Source: Eledone cirrhosa (Eukaryota). From it: a stretch of DNA of 64,000 nt. The notes beneath the pieces were generated by a model that was given only the letters and a program-made list of their open reading frames with translations, was not told where the DNA came from and did no database searches. This document shows positions 11,528-26,330 of this stretch, piece by piece; within the stretch, counting starts at the first letter, position 1; each line of letters starts with the position of its first letter. The stretch covers positions 367,970,001 to 368,034,000 of the forward strand of contig OZ024741.1 in NCBI GenBank assembly GCA_964016885.1, read 5' to 3'. The position numbers and the translations under genes are program-made.

Positions 11528-11824
11528 AAATGTGTTCACTTTTCTCCTAGTTTATTTTACACCGAATTCTGTTTAATTGACTGTATATCTGGGCGATTCA
11601 TACAAGCTGTCGAAATACTCGATAAATATTCCGTTGCAACTGATGCGAAGGGCTGCTTTCAGTTATTTGTCGGAGATTTCTTCATAGAAGCCTTTATTCT
11701 TATAGCTTGGTCTAATCGATTTTTTATATGGTTAATTATGCTAATTGGGGGAGGAAATGGTATATATTTTATCTGGTGATTCTATAGACATGTTTTATGA
11801 TATATATATATATTTTAATAAATT

Positions 11825-11855
<31 letters not shown>

Positions 11856-12110
11856 ATATATATATACATATGTGTGTGTATATATATACATGTGTTTGTG
11901 TGTGTATATATACATATGTGTGTGTATATATATACATGTGTGTATATATATATATACATACATGTGCGTATATGTGTGTGTGTGTGTGTATATATATACA
12001 TGTGTGTGTATATATATACATGTGCGTATGTGTGTATATATATACATGTGCGTATGTGTGTGTGTATGTGTGTATATATATATATACATGTGTGTGTGTA
12101 TATATATACA

Positions 12111-12146
<36 letters not shown>

Positions 12147-12489
12147 CATATGTGTGTGTATATATATATATATACATGTGTGTGTATATATATATATATA
12201 TATATACATATGTGTGTGTATATATATATATATACATGTGTGTGTATATATATACATGCGCGCATATGTGTATGTGTGTATATCTAAATATATACATATG
12301 TGTGTGTATATATATACATACATGTGCGTATATGTGTGTGTGTCTATATATATACATGTGTGTGTATATATATATATACATACATGTGCATGTGTATCTG
12401 TATATATATATATATACATATGTGTGTGTGTGTGTATATATATATACATACATGTGCGTATATATGTGTGTGTGTATATGTGTATATAC

Positions 12490-12520
<31 letters not shown>

Positions 12521-12686
12521 CATACACATGTGTGTATATATATATATATATGTGTCTGCGTGTATACACACACATATGCATGCATGCTCCCGTAACTCCT
12601 GGGGCAATCGTAGGGGTGCTGTATTTACTTATGGCATTTCTAATGCATTTAAAAACCTAGTGGAGCCCATCTCCTCTGATACACTA

Positions 12687-12770
<84 letters not shown>
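11825..12770. repeat. Compound (TA)n-CA-(TG)n minisatellite followed by (CA)n
   Basis: Recurrent tatatatacatgtgtgtg units to ~12580; pure (CA)n at 12688-12770. Confidence 0.95.
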
Positions 12771-12773
<3 letters not shown>

Positions 12774-13789
12774 TTATATGTATATATTATATTATATAGT
12801 GATATCATCATCATAATCATCATTTAACATCCACTTTCCTTGCTAGCAAGCTTTGAATGGGTTTTCTCAGACTGAGTCCATACTGAAACATGGCTACTGA
12901 CCTCGAAAACAAGCTAGGTGTTTGCATTTTACTTTCAAATAGTTTCACATTCTACTAAGTGGATTTTATTGTGGCACCAACCCTAATGAGGTTATCATGT
13001 CTTTGACACATCTGAAGGTTCTTCCCAACCCTTTGTTTGGCTAGTACTTTACAACTTGATGTCCTTCCTCTCATCAACCACTTATATATAAGCTGGTCTT
13101 CCTGACTGTTTCTGCTACCATATTCACTCAGGAAACACTGGTTGGCCTGAGGGTATAGTAGTCACTAACCCATGTTGCCATACACTTTGATAGAACCTAA
13201 GACCTTGTACTTGCAAAGTGATCTTCTTAACCACACAAGTATTCTTATATATATATATGTGTGTGTGTGCTAATGTTTGGAGTTACAGTGTATGTTATCT
13301 CTGTTTTGTATGTGTGCATGTGTGTTACATATTCCCAGTACTAAAGAGGATAAGGAGTTTATCTGAAAGTGTAAGCAATATCTCTGTTACAAAATAACTG
13401 TTACAGTGTATATATGAGGAAGGGAAATGTCAAGATTTTAGACTTTATGTCGCTACGGTGAGATAGAAAAGTGTGATAGGTGTTGTTTTTGTTGTTTAGC
13501 CCCTGGTCAACTCTGGTTAAACACATCCATGATCAAATATATTCATTCATGACCATCATGTCTTATTGGTGTATATGACTATGTTATCTAATGCCTCCTT
13601 TCTTATATAAGGTAGTAAGGAAAAATAGTGAGTCTTGTTACTATGGAATTTTGCCTGTTTATCAGAGGGTTATCAGACAAGGACTAACATTTCAATAGCA
13701 GACACAGCTTTTATCTTAATAGCAACACAAGTGGGGAGTGATATATTTTAAACATTGACTCAACTAGTGTCAAATATATACATACATAT

Positions 13790-14200
13790 ATATTTGGTCT
13801 GAACATAATGGAATCAGATTCCCATTGTCACTGCCTCTGTCTCTCTCACTCTCGCCATCTCTCTTATAAAGAAATGGGGGCCCATGTTCTGGCCACCCTG
13901 CAGACAGAATAGAGAAGGCGTTTCCCCAGAGAATGGTGAGGGAGACACGTTGGAAGAGCCATTCCAGTTTGCGAGGCTCACACCTGCGGGTAGCCAACTC
14001 CATGCCGATGGTGGTGAGTAGGGAGATGGTCCTATGGCCAAGGACACCAGAAGTCTCTGCTGTTAAGGGCTCGACTGCAAACTTGTCAGAGAGTGAGTAA
14101 TATTTGGAAAGTTTGACCTCCTCAGCTCGAGTGCAGCAGGGAGGATCGGCAACCCGAGGATAAAGACATCCTCTCTCAGGGTTACCTGCACCTAGCAGAG
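13790..14200 (-). mobile_element. CRE-clade remnant, same family as 2450-3030
   Basis: RAEEVKLSKYYSLSDKFAVEPLTAETSGVLG...WLFQRVSLTILWGNAFSIL, plus the shared 3' UTR gcagtgacaatgggaat.tg.ttccatt.tgttc.gacc. Confidence 0.8.
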
Positions 14201-17200
14201 AATGTATCGCACATCTGAGACAGAGGCTGCAAAGCCCTCTGTGTCGTGGTTGACATTCACTACCTCCAACTTGGATGAGTTGGCTGCTATTTGTAGCAGG
14301 ACACATGATCACATTGAGGTTTGGCTTTGTGTTATTTCTATTATTTTAATTGGTAGTCAATTTTTTAGTATTTATCATTATTATTATTGGTAGATTGGCA
14401 GTAATGATAGAGCATCAGACAACACGCTTTGCAGCATATAGTTATAATGTCCCATTACATTCTGAGTTCAAATTCTACTGAGGTTAGCTTTGCCTTTCAT
14501 CATTATGTGGTTGATAAAATAAAATACCTGTAATGCACTGGGGTCAATTTAATCGACTTTCCCGCTTCCCCCCAAGATTTCTGGCATTGTGCCTAGATCA
14601 GAAACCATTATTGTCATCATGATCATCATTAGTGGAATGGATTGATGAAATCAATCATTCTCTGGAGAAATGCTTTCATGTTTTGAACTCAAATCCCATC
14701 AAAATTAATTTGTGTTCAATCATTCAGAATTTATAAAATGAATACCAGTTATATACTAAGGTTAATCTAATTGACTTCATACCCATCCCCCAAATATATG
14801 GCTTTATGTCTGTGTTAGATATAAATTATTATTTTTGTTGTTGTTGCTGTAACACTTCATCCTTCTTTTCTTTGTTGAATTTTGCCCAGTGGAAGTTTTA
14901 AGTTTCAACCCTTTTGAAACCAAATCTCTTGAAATTACCCCTTGTTCTATACTACAGAACTTTTTGTTTAAAATATTTATGTTAATCTAAAAAATTTTCA
15001 TCATAATTTTATGTAAGAATCTTTGTTAACTTAAAAATGAGAAAATTATATTACTAAATCTCTTCAAACTCTTATTTTCAAACTGATTTGGTTACTTGAC
15101 TTGCTAGATATAGAAGCTAAATCTCCCTCATATCACAGCCTACTGTCTTGATAAAAACAGTAGGCTCTGATAATATAGCCCTGGGTTCCCTGTACATAGG
15201 AAAAAGATGGGTTGAAATTCCTTCAATCATATGTCTGCAACAACAGCAACACCAACAATTGATCTCAATAAAAGAGTTTTGATGTAGTTACTTAACCTGT
15301 TAGAAATAGTAGCCAAATTTCCATTAAGTCATGCTCTACCATGTTAGATAAAGAAGGGTACATTAAACAATGTGGCCTCTGAGATAAAGAAAAAAATTGG
15401 TTGAATGACTTTGATCATAGGTGTCTGTGCTGGATCAGTCTTAGGGCTAAAAACAGGTGCTACTATGAATGAGAAAGGCATAACCAACTAGTTGAGCCCA
15501 CTTAGCTTTAACTGTTTTGATACCAAACCACTTGAAACTGCCCCGACCCTAGTTCTATAATACAAAGATGTTTGTTTTAAAGTGTTTGTATTTAAATTTA
15601 AATCTATGCAATAAAATTTTAAGTTGTGTTCTAAATTTCAATTTGAAAATAAAAATAACTAGTTATTTTACTAGATCTTTGAACATTTTTTTATTATTTC
15701 CACAATTAATTGAAAATCATAAAAAATGCATTTCATTAGAAATATAAGGAAAGGGTTACGTATGTCCTGCAGATATAAATAGACCACTGCTGTAAGCAAC
15801 AAGAACAATGGGGAAATTGATGTGTGATCTCTTTGTTTCAGTTTAATTCATCCCATGGATAAATTTACTTATAATAGACTACTGTTTCCTATACAACAAC
15901 AGATTAAAAGCATGAAAATCTGAGATAAGCACTTGTCAGTAGTGAACTCTACCAAACTGTAGTAGCTCCTCAAATCTAAGTGAACCCAGCTGTTCAGAAT
16001 TGTTAGGTCCAGTTTGAGCTTGTTTTGTTGGATGGTTTATCTAAAGGGTCATAAGAAATTATCCTTTAACCCTTTTAATACCAAACTGCCAGAAACTGCC
16101 TCTGGTTATATGATGATAAACTGTTCCTGTTTAAATCTTAATGTCCTGTACAACATAAAATTGCACTAAAGCACTACTACAGCTACATCACATTAACAAT
16201 TAAAGTTTATATTAATACTGTAAATTTTCTCAACAATTCATTCACTAGTAAAAATACTATAAACATTTGAATTAACAAACCTATCTTTAGATATTTTCTA
16301 CTAAATCATCACAGGATGTTAAGAATTAAATTTCTCACATAAAATTTTAATGAAAGGTTTAGCATTTTCTTAGGTTGTATTCTAAACGGGAACTTAATAA
16401 TGTGAAGGTTAGTTATATTACTAAATCCTTCTAAAGTCTTGATTATTTTCAAAATTATTTGAAAATCATTAGTAGAGTCTTTCATTAGAAATATGGTAAT
16501 AAAATGGTTGAAATGGTGACTGATATTTGAATAGTTTATTTAGACAACCAGAGAATGTTTAACTTTGTATTTGAAGCAATTGTTCAGGGTGTTCTTGTAA
16601 CTGTTTTCTTTGTTGTTTCATTATCAAATCTGCTCTAAGTAGACAGATATTTGACAAATAAAATTAATAACCATCTTGGTGACCCAAATATTTCCACAAA
16701 CAGGAAATAAGAAAAGATATTTTCCTTTATATATATACTTATTTCTATTTGTAAAATATTGTGGTGTTGAATAGCTTAGTGTAATTTGTCAGGTGATAAG
16801 TAATTAACAAAGGCACTTCTCATTTGGGAAGGAATATCATATTTTGGTGCCCCCCCCCCTCTCTCTCTCTCTCTCTGCAAGAAAGAAATGTTTACACCAA
16901 GTTCCCAACAATCCTTTCACAATTACACTGTATGTGGACACAAGAAGAAACAAAGAGATTTATATTACATCATATAAAACTTATATTAATCTTGGAGGAA
17001 AGAAGAGCAAAGTCAACTTAAGTAAACTTTGAATTCAGAATATAGAGGAAGGAACTAAATAATATGAAGCACAAAGTCTTCAGCTGTCACTGCCTTTTCT
17101 TACAAATAATAATTCCTATTTATTACATGTATTTTATTTTGTTTGTATAAATCTAATTCTAGATATTGGCTGTTATATATTAGTGAACTAAGATAAAATT

Positions 17201-19003
17201 AGATGAGCAGGTGAAAGTTACATTATTCAGATTTTATGAAGATACTTACTCCAATATGCAGACTAGATTGCTGTGCTTCTACTACATACACATACGCACT
17301 TATATCATCCCACCCTCCTCACTATAGTTGCTGTTGCTAGTTTGTTGTTATTTCTACTGTTCCCATTGGCCAAACTCCAACTTCAAAACCAGTCACCACA
17401 ACAATTGCTGCTTCTCTATCTTACATAAAGCCTGTTTTATAACAAAGTAATAAGAAAAATTAATTTTAAAAAGCAACCATTTTTAGTGACCATTCTTCTT
17501 GCTGTACACTCTAGAGGTAGTAAGCTAGAAGTACTATAGACTTGAGAGATTTCATCAAATTAGTCCTTTCATTACAATATTTCTCATGGAAGGCATTGTC
17601 TATGATTTTCAATTAAATTTTGAAAATAATCAAGAATTTGGAGTGATTTGATGATATAACTTTCTCATTATTTAGCTGGTATATGGATCATAACTTAAAA
17701 AAGGGTCTTACATAAAATTATCATGAAATGTTTCAAATATATAAACTTTAAAACAGTTTTGTAACTTAGAACAAAGCCTGGTTTCAGAGAGTTTTATAAC
17801 AAAAGCGTTAATCAGCCCCCACTGCCCCATGCTTTTTACAATATTTGACTATCCCTGAAGCAATGATGAAGCAACCTAATCTAGTGACAATTTAAGTTAG
17901 AAATTATATGGATGAAGTTGAACACTATAAGGCATTTAGTGTGGTGTTCTATAAAGTCTACTGATGAATGGTTAAGAATTTTGCTTCACAATCATTCATC
18001 ATCATTGTCATCACTGTTGTGGGCCATGCTAGGTCAGGTGACCATGTCTTGCTCATACAGAACTAATTTTTGGCTGATTCTGGATGCCCTTCCTAACACC
18101 AACTTCATTTACAGTGAGTACTGGGTGCTTTTTTTACCGTGGCACCTACACGACCACTCTACAGTGTGGACTGGGTGATTTTTGTTGTGACACCTACACG
18201 ACCACTTTACAGTAGGGGGGGGGGGCATACTGTCTATAAGCTTCAGCTTCGGCTTGTACCCGTGGGAAGTCAGGTCTTCTGTATTACTGTGTAACGCCAG
18301 AGGTCTCAGTCCTGTGTCATCAACTTTGAGAGGTACAATTGGGCATAATCCTATTGCATTGCATCAGGGCCTAGTGTCATTTATCATAGCCTTGGTTTGA
18401 CCCAAGCATTGTGAGTGAAATTGGGTAGCTGGAAAATGTTTGGAAGTCAGTCAGATGGACTGTACTTTGTTATTCAAAAGTGAAGCCTTGTCACATACAC
18501 TCGCATGCTGAATGTCTCTAAGAATTACATTAAGAGTGTGTGTGTTTCTGAAATGATCAGCCACTTGCTTATTAATTTCATGAGAAGGCTGTTCCATTGA
18601 TCAAACAAATGAAACACTCATTGACAAAACCAACAGAAGTCCATTCCATTCCATAAAGTCTAACACTATTGTTTTTGGCACATTTCTTCCAACACTACCA
18701 CCACCACTCCTACCACAAACACCACCACAATCACTATTGTTACCACCACAGGTGTATATTGTGAGAGTAATATGGAAAGAGGAAGAGATGGAAAAACATA
18801 CAAAGTTGATATTGTTCAGTGTTAACTTCAGTTTTATCCATTTGTGAGAGGCTTTTGGGAAGATTAATCTAAATATATTGATTGGATTAGTCTATTACTC
18901 TTAATCTATGAACTTCAATAATATATCATAATTGAAGTGAAAAATATCTCCAGTTCTTAAAAGTTGGAAATTTCAATGAAATTAGTAAAAAAACTTCCTT
19001 CAT

Positions 19004-19282
19004 TTAACCCTTTTGTTAACCTATTTCTAATGAAAAGACTGAAAAGACACAGCCTATGAATTTCAAACCATTTTGAAAATAATAAAAAAATTGTAGAGAT
19101 TTAATATCAATAACTAACTTTTGCATTATTAAGTTAATGTTCGGAAAATCACTTAGCAAATGTTTCTTACATAGAATTATGATGAAAGATTTTTAGATGA
19201 ATTTAAACACTTCAAAATAAAGTTTTGTATTTTAGAAGGTGAGAAGAGTGGGGCTCGGGTGGTTTGGTATTGAAAGAGTTAA
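19004..19282 (-). mobile_element. Older piggyBac-type MITE family 2 (~230-280 bp)
   Basis: TTAA|CCCTTTTG.TA ... TA..AAAAGGG|TTAA-like ends. Diverged relatives at ~14905, ~15508-15757, 16066-16511, ~17570-17811, ~21980, ~34228-34477, ~54540 and 57448-57674. Confidence 0.65.
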
Positions 19283-21459
19283 TCTGAAAATGAATAGCAG
19301 AATATTCCCAATTCTAAATATTTTTCTTGATCTCAAAGATTTATTTATCTTATTTTCTTTATCTATTTATTTATTTTGTATTCAGGGTTGTGAGGACCCT
19401 TTAGTTGTATCAAGGTCATGCCAACCTCCTTCATGTTGGTGCCACAACGAATTGCTTCCAGAACAGTCTGTAAAGTGGTTGGTATTAGGGAATACAGTTG
19501 TAGAAGTCATCCCAAAATGAGTTCAGCAGTCTTTTCACTTATGTTTAGGACATGACAATCTCCCTTGTACTGGTGCACTGATAAAATACACCTAGTATAC
19601 TTTATAAAGTGGTTGGCATTAGGAAGTGTATCAAGCTGTAGAATCCATGTCAAAACTGGAACGTAAGCATAGACCCTGATTCTTCTAGGAGGACAGTAGT
19701 TCTGATTACTGACTTGGCATGGGTTGGACAGGACATTACATACCAAGAGGAGAAGCAGGTGTAAAATGATGACAATAAAGATTACCCATCCCTGTGTGAA
19801 CCACTATATGGACTTCATAGACAAAGTATAAATTGTACTGAAACATGTTATTGGTGGAAAGAGGTGTTCAATATAACAATTTAGAAACATCTGGAGAAGA
19901 TGAAGGTAATTTTACAGACCTTGTTATATAACCAGTGAGAGGTGAGAGAATGTATTTGAATAATGGATGGAGTCAATGTGGTCTTGATGGCAGTGGGAGC
20001 TGTGTATGTGGATGGGGTTTGTCGGGATGATGATGATGGTAATGATGATGATGATTATAAATTGGATTTTATTATAATGTGCATTTCTGCTTTTGTTTGA
20101 ATATCAAAGAAATAAATGAAAACCTATTCAAATTTCTATTGTGTGTATATTGAAGTGTGTGTGTGTAGACACACACACATACTATGTGTTCAATAAGCCT
20201 GGTATGTTTTTTTTTAATATATATAATACATGCTGAAATGCTGCCTTACTACATGCTGAAATATTTATGAGTAGAAGCCTGTGTGTATATATCCATATTA
20301 GTGTATTTAATGTGATTATGTATGTACATATATTTCTCCATTTAGTATATGTATGTGCATTTGTGTATATATGTATATATGCATGTGTATCTGTGTATAT
20401 GTATGTCTATATTTGGTTATTCAATATGTATAGTTGTAAGAATGGTTATAAGAACTATAGTGAAAGGTAAGGGAGATATGTAATAAAAAAAAAAATAGTT
20501 GCATTTTTTTAATATTATCGATAATTTAAAGTTGATGAAAATTGTGTGTATTTTTATGTAAAAAAAATACATTAGAATTTTTCTATGAATTCAATATTAG
20601 CTAATAACTTTGTTTACATATGGATACCATTGTATGTATGCATATATGTGTGCGTGTGTATGCAATGTATATATACACACAAATTTGTATTCATATGTGT
20701 ATGTATATACATATATCATCATCATCATCACAGTTTTACGTCCATTCTTCCACGCTAGCATGGGTTAGACGGGTTGTCTTTCCTGTTGTGAGCAGTAGCC
20801 GGTCGGCTGACCATGTCTTGCTCATACAGGAACTGATTCTGGCTTATATATATATATATATATATATATATGCATGCAGACACACAGACATATGAACATG
20901 TATAAGAACGCTTCCTCACATGAAAAGTAAACCACCGTTCCTTTTTCAATTGACCATTCAGCTGAAGTGAAATTAGAAAATATTTTTTAAATTGTTGGTA
21001 TAGCTATGGTTGAGTGCTATGTCAATACAGGACAATGAGTAAAGAGTTAAACATATTCTTTTAGACAGCTTTAAGTTAGGAATATCTAGACCAGATGGCC
21101 TCCTCAGGTATGTGTATGTATATATATATATTTAAGACCAGACTTCCCACAAGCACAAGCTGAAGCATATGTACAGTATGCCCCACACCCAGCCCACACT
21201 GGGCATGTAAAAGACACGGAAAAAGCACCCAGCCCACACTGTAAAGTGGACATGTAAAATACACCCACCATACACTGTCAATGTGGTTGGCGTTAGGAAA
21301 GGCATCTAGCTATAGAAAACCAGCTAGAAACACCCCTATATGAGCGAGACACGGTCACCCGACCCAACTTGCCTCTAAATAGGACCCATCTAACCCATGC
21401 TAGTGTGGAAGATAGACATTAATCGATGATGATGATAATATATAATATATATATCATCA

Positions 21460-21835
21460 TTCATCCATGGATGCAAATACTTCAACACATCATCAGTGTT
21501 ATATCTTGGAGTCATTGGGTGTTTCAGGTCTTACAACTCTAACCATCATCCAGGTAACATGGTTAAGTTTGATGAAGCCTCAGTCTGTTTCTAAATGGCA
21601 TTCTACTGATCCCACCAACTACATCTCTTCATCCCATAGCCCTCTAGATTTCCTTTCTGCTGCTTCCATTATGTTCTTGATGGCTCTTCTCCTGCTCATT
21701 CCTGTAATGCTTAGTTATGGAATGATCTGTAAATCCCCAACTACCAGCCTCCACTGGCATGTACTTGGTCATCCACTCATTTCTGCAGTAGTCCTCCACC
21801 AACCTCTGGTACTTTTCTCTTTTGTATATACTTGT
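21460..21835 (-). mobile_element. HERO-like REL retrotransposon 3' remnant
   Basis: KREKYQRLVED...W....MPVEAGS.GF...S, then EAAER.SR.LW in another frame. The 3' UTR gacctgaaacacccaatgac...cactgatgatgtgt is typical of HERO elements as I recall them. Confidence 0.75.
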
Positions 21836-23269
21836 ATATAGAGTACCTTTTCCCACAAAAATACCACATGAAAAACCAGCATGCAAAAATGCATGGTACA
21901 TCGTAAATACATATAAAGTGGAAGTGTGATTTATCTACTATGGTGATATATATACATAAGTGTGTAAAGTAGTTATTACTTTAATTCTTTTGTTACCATA
22001 TTTCTATGCCTATAATTTTTCTAATCCTTTAAAAAATAATCAAGAATTTGGGGGAATTTAGTAATATAACTAACTGTCTCGTTATTAAGCTGTTGTTTTG
22101 AGTATAATTTAAGAAAGGTTCTTGGATAAAATTACAATTTGGATTCCTAGGTTGGGTGACATGTGTCATTGTTCAAGATATGCTTTTGACCATTTAGTTG
22201 AAAAATATGAGTTCTGACGATACCAGTGCCAAACTGTATTGGCCTTTGCCTTTCCTTTGGACAAATATCATACAGAGGGGAGACTGACATGCATGGGTGG
22301 CTGCTAGTCTTCAACAAAATATCTTTCCCAAGCTTCTGCGTTGAAGAGGAACTTTCTAAGTACAAACCCAGTGGTTTGTAAAATCTATCTTCTGCAAGAG
22401 GAAGAAAGATACACTGTCAGAAAAATGGTATTCAGTAGATTTACTGCTGTAAAACTTCATGTGTATTAGTATATGCTGATGTTCAAATTTTAAATGATAA
22501 ACTCTTGGCAACTCAAAACTGATAAGGTTTGAAGCTATATCAGTAAGAAAAGAATAAATCGAACCAAGGAAATGTTTCCATTGCTGATATTATTTGCTAG
22601 TTGCAACTTCTGGCAGAAGGAAGCAGAATTTGAACTCAGAACGTAGTGAGTCATATCAGATACTGTAAAAAATTCTGTCTAACACTTTAACAATTCTGCC
22701 AGTTCATTGCTCCTGGGCTGGTATTTTATTTATCGACCTAGAATGGATGCAAGGCAAAGCTGACCATAGCAAGATTTGATCTCAGGGTGCACTGAACAAA
22801 TACTGAGGCATTTAATCCAATGTTTTAAAGACTCTGCCAATTTGCCGCCTGGTCAGTAAAAGTGTTTCAAATAATCAACAAAAGGGTGAACCAAATATCT
22901 ACACTGCTCCTACACTTTCTCTACAGCTAAGTCTCTCACTTCCTCACTACCCAATACACTCAACTCTTATCAGTATAAATACTACAAAAAAAAAGATTAA
23001 CTTTGCTACTTAAGTAGATTTGCTGCATTAGATTAACTTTTTATATCCAACAATTTTTATCTTCAAGGATTTAGTCATTTTTTCTCTTTTGTTTTTTTTT
23101 TATGGTAATAATAATTATTATCCTATCTAAATATTTCTATCTTAAGAGTCAGAAATTATATGTCAAAATATCTGCCTGCACTCAAACAAACCTACAAACC
23201 CAACCACCATTCACCTATTCCTATCCATTCACCTATTCACCTATTCAAATCTACACACCCACCCAACCA

Positions 23270-23806
23270 ACACACTCCTAGTATGTAAGGAACAGTACTG
23301 TAATGTAGTTTAGGATGTCTGTATAGCAACAACAGCAACACTAACAGTCCTGGGTATGTCAGGAACAGTACTGTAATGTGGTTTAATATGTCACTGTGTG
23401 TAACAATAGTAACACAGTCCTAGATATGTAAAAAGCAGTCCTGTAATGTGGTCTAGTATGTCTGTGTATGGAACAAGGTTATATAGTCCTAGATATGTAA
23501 AAAGCAGTCCTGTAATGTGGTCTAGGATGTCTGTGTAACAAGGTTATATAATCCTAGATATGTAAAAAGCAGTACAGTAATGTGGTCTAGTATGTCTCTG
23601 TGTAACATCTGTAACACAACTCCAGTATGTCAGTTACATTACTTTAATATGGTCTAGGATGTCTCTGTGTGTATAGTAACAACAATACTAACAGCAACAC
23701 AGTCTTAAATATGTTGAGAGCAGGCAGTACTGTAATGTGGTTTATGATTGTACGTGTATGTGTGTGTAGATGCATATCAACAGCAGCAACAGCACAGTCC
23801 TAGATA
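23270..23806. repeat. Degenerate ~60-80-bp minisatellite, ~8 units
   Basis: Core cagtcctagatatgtaaaaagcagtactgtaatgtggtctaggatgtc. Confidence 0.9.
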
Positions 23807-24489
23807 TGGTGCTATGATAAAATTTACTCACTACAATCTGTAATATAGTTGGCATTAGAAAAGGCATTCAGTGACAGGAACCATACCAAAAATTGAATGC
23901 ACAAGTGAGATGTGATCCCTCAACCTATCTAATCTCAGACCATGCCAACCTGTTCAACCTATGCCAGCATGGAAAACTAACATATGATGATGATGATGTA
24001 TTCTTCTCTAGGGTATTTCTCCCCAGTCATATTAACTGTAATATTACATACTTATAGGTGTTATATTATTTTGAGTGAGTGTGAGTGTAGTTGTGAGTGT
24101 GAGAGGTAATGCATTTAAAGGAGAATGTAAGTATGAGTGAATGTGAATACTTTAGAGGGTGAGTGAGAACATAATGGAGTAGAGAGAGAGATAGTAATGG
24201 GAAAATAACACTGAATCTGTTTTCTGGGGATAATGTATGTATGGGGGGTGGGAGAGAAAAAGTAATTTAGTGATTAGAAAATTTAAGTGGAAGCTAATGA
24301 GTGAAAGAAGTGTCTGTGGTGAAGTGTGTGTGTTCCTGTATGGTGAAGGGGTGTGTATTTTTGTGATGGGGTGTGTGTCTTTATGGTAAAGTGTGTGTGT
24401 GTATGTGGTAAAATGTGTATCTGTGTGAATGTGTGTGTGATGGAGTAAGTATGTGTGTGTCTATGAATGGAGGAGGGGGTGTGTACGTA

Positions 24490-24676
24490 TGAATGGGTGT
24501 GTCTGAGTGAATAGTTGTGTCTGAGTGAAGGGGTGTGTCTGAGTACATGAGTGTATAGGTGTGAAAGGGTGTGTCTGAGAGAATGGCTGTGTGGAAGGGT
24601 GTGTCTTAATGAATGGGTGTATAGGTGTCTTAGTGAATGGGTGTGTCTTAGTGAATGGGTGTGTCTTAGTGAATGG
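24490..24676. repeat. 18-bp minisatellite
   Basis: gaatgggtgtgtcttagt units. Confidence 0.8.
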
Positions 24677-25363
24677 TTGTGAAGAGGTGTGTACATATGA
24701 TGGGGTGTTAAGAAGCATGTTGATATTAAGCTGTATACAAGTGTAAAAGAATATTCCAGAATGAAAAATTGTGCCAGTGAATGAGAATACAGGAAAGAAA
24801 TAGATTCTATAAATATATCTAATATTTTTCTTCTGCCAAAATCCAATCTAATGGAACATCTGGTATTTTACTTTCTGGTTTACCAATTCCAGTAGTTCCC
24901 TATATGAACATGTCCGAATTGTCATTCTAATAGGATGTCTTAGAATTTCAGTTAGAGGAATGTTTAAATCCACAGATAGTTGTGTGTAGATAGTTATGGG
25001 TTCAAACTGAGGTGAATTGCAAAGCAGTGAAAAATACTCAATACCATAGTAGAGTAGAATAATATTTATTTAAAGTTGTCTGTGTGTCTATTAGTATAGG
25101 CAGTATCTGCTTGCTCTATGGTAAAAGCTTAATCATAAGGCAAAGAATGCTTATGATATCTACACTCTACTTAAGTATAGACTACACTACTAAGTTGAAT
25201 AATGATCTTACTGGTTTTAAACAGTAACTCACACAGACACACACACACACATATATATATAAACCTGGTTTAAAATAACTACAAATAAGTTTGTTGCTGT
25301 TCAGGGTAGCAACATATAAAGAATTTCCCAGGAGAAACCCTAAATATATATATTTCATATTGT

Positions 25364-25399
<36 letters not shown>

Positions 25400-25989
25400 T
25401 ATGTGAGGGGAGAAAATGTTTAAAACCTAGACTTGTAAGAATCTATGTATCTATCACTGATTCTAGAAATAATATATTTGACAATTGTGAGATGTGAGCA
25501 CTGATGTAGCTAGATGTGCATAATAGAATTGTGAGCTTGCTGTAATTCCACTTGCATGTGTTAACTCTGTTCTAAAGCTGCTAACACTGTCAGTCTATCT
25601 AAGATTAGTTCATATTTATGTTGTTGTGTATCTTATTTGATATTAATTCTTTCACTCATTTTCAATTACTGTTTTTCTTGTCAAAGAAAGAAGTGTAAAC
25701 AAGACTTTCTTAGCTTACAAAGCATTGGGAAATTTGAAATTGGAAAATATAGTTGCCACAACGCAGATAACTATAGATTATAGTTTAATAAATTGGGTAA
25801 TGTACCCCTGGAGACAAAAAAGTGGGCAAAGATGTCTGTAGAGAATCAGACCACTCTTCTCCTGTATGTTTTTTCTTTTTCCTTTCTAAATAATCTTAGG
25901 CTCACAATTTATAGGGTTGCTGAAATAAAAAAAAATTGTGTTAACTGTTTTTGGTAAAACTTTCATTATCATCCATTCTTTAATGCAAA

Positions 25990-26330
25990 ACAATGGTGGC
26001 TCGCCTAATTGAGGTAACTGATGATAGTTGTGAAAGCGTTTGGCTGTTCCAGCGCATCAGCCTCGCCATCACCCAAGGTAATACTGCAAGCATGCTGGCT
26101 TGCCTCAAAAGTTATTAGAGAGGTTTCCCAGTGCTCCTTGCGATATTGTTGTCTTTTGTTCTGGCAGCAGTTCATTTGTCCAACCCTTTTGCCTACCCTT
26201 TGTTGCATGTGGTCCTAGATGAGTGTATTACCTGCTTGTATGTGTGTGTGTGTGTGTTTTTTTTCTTTTTTCCTTTCCATTTTCTTCCTTTTTTTTCTTC
26301 TCTTTTTACATTATATCTAAACTATAATAA
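25990..26330 (+). mobile_element. Second CRE-family 3' remnant
   Basis: MVARLIEVTDDSCESVWLFQRISLAITQGNTASMLACL*, followed by a UTR with AATAAA. Confidence 0.7.

Noticed and set aside
11745-12827. Long YI/CV/HT-rich ORFs (up to 287 aa)
   Set aside because: Translations of TA/TG/CA microsatellites that lack stop codons by composition.
23270-23806. CRISPR-like repeat/spacer look (also 34870-35150)
   Set aside because: Repeats are degenerate, spacers are homologous to one another, there are no cas genes and the context is eukaryotic.
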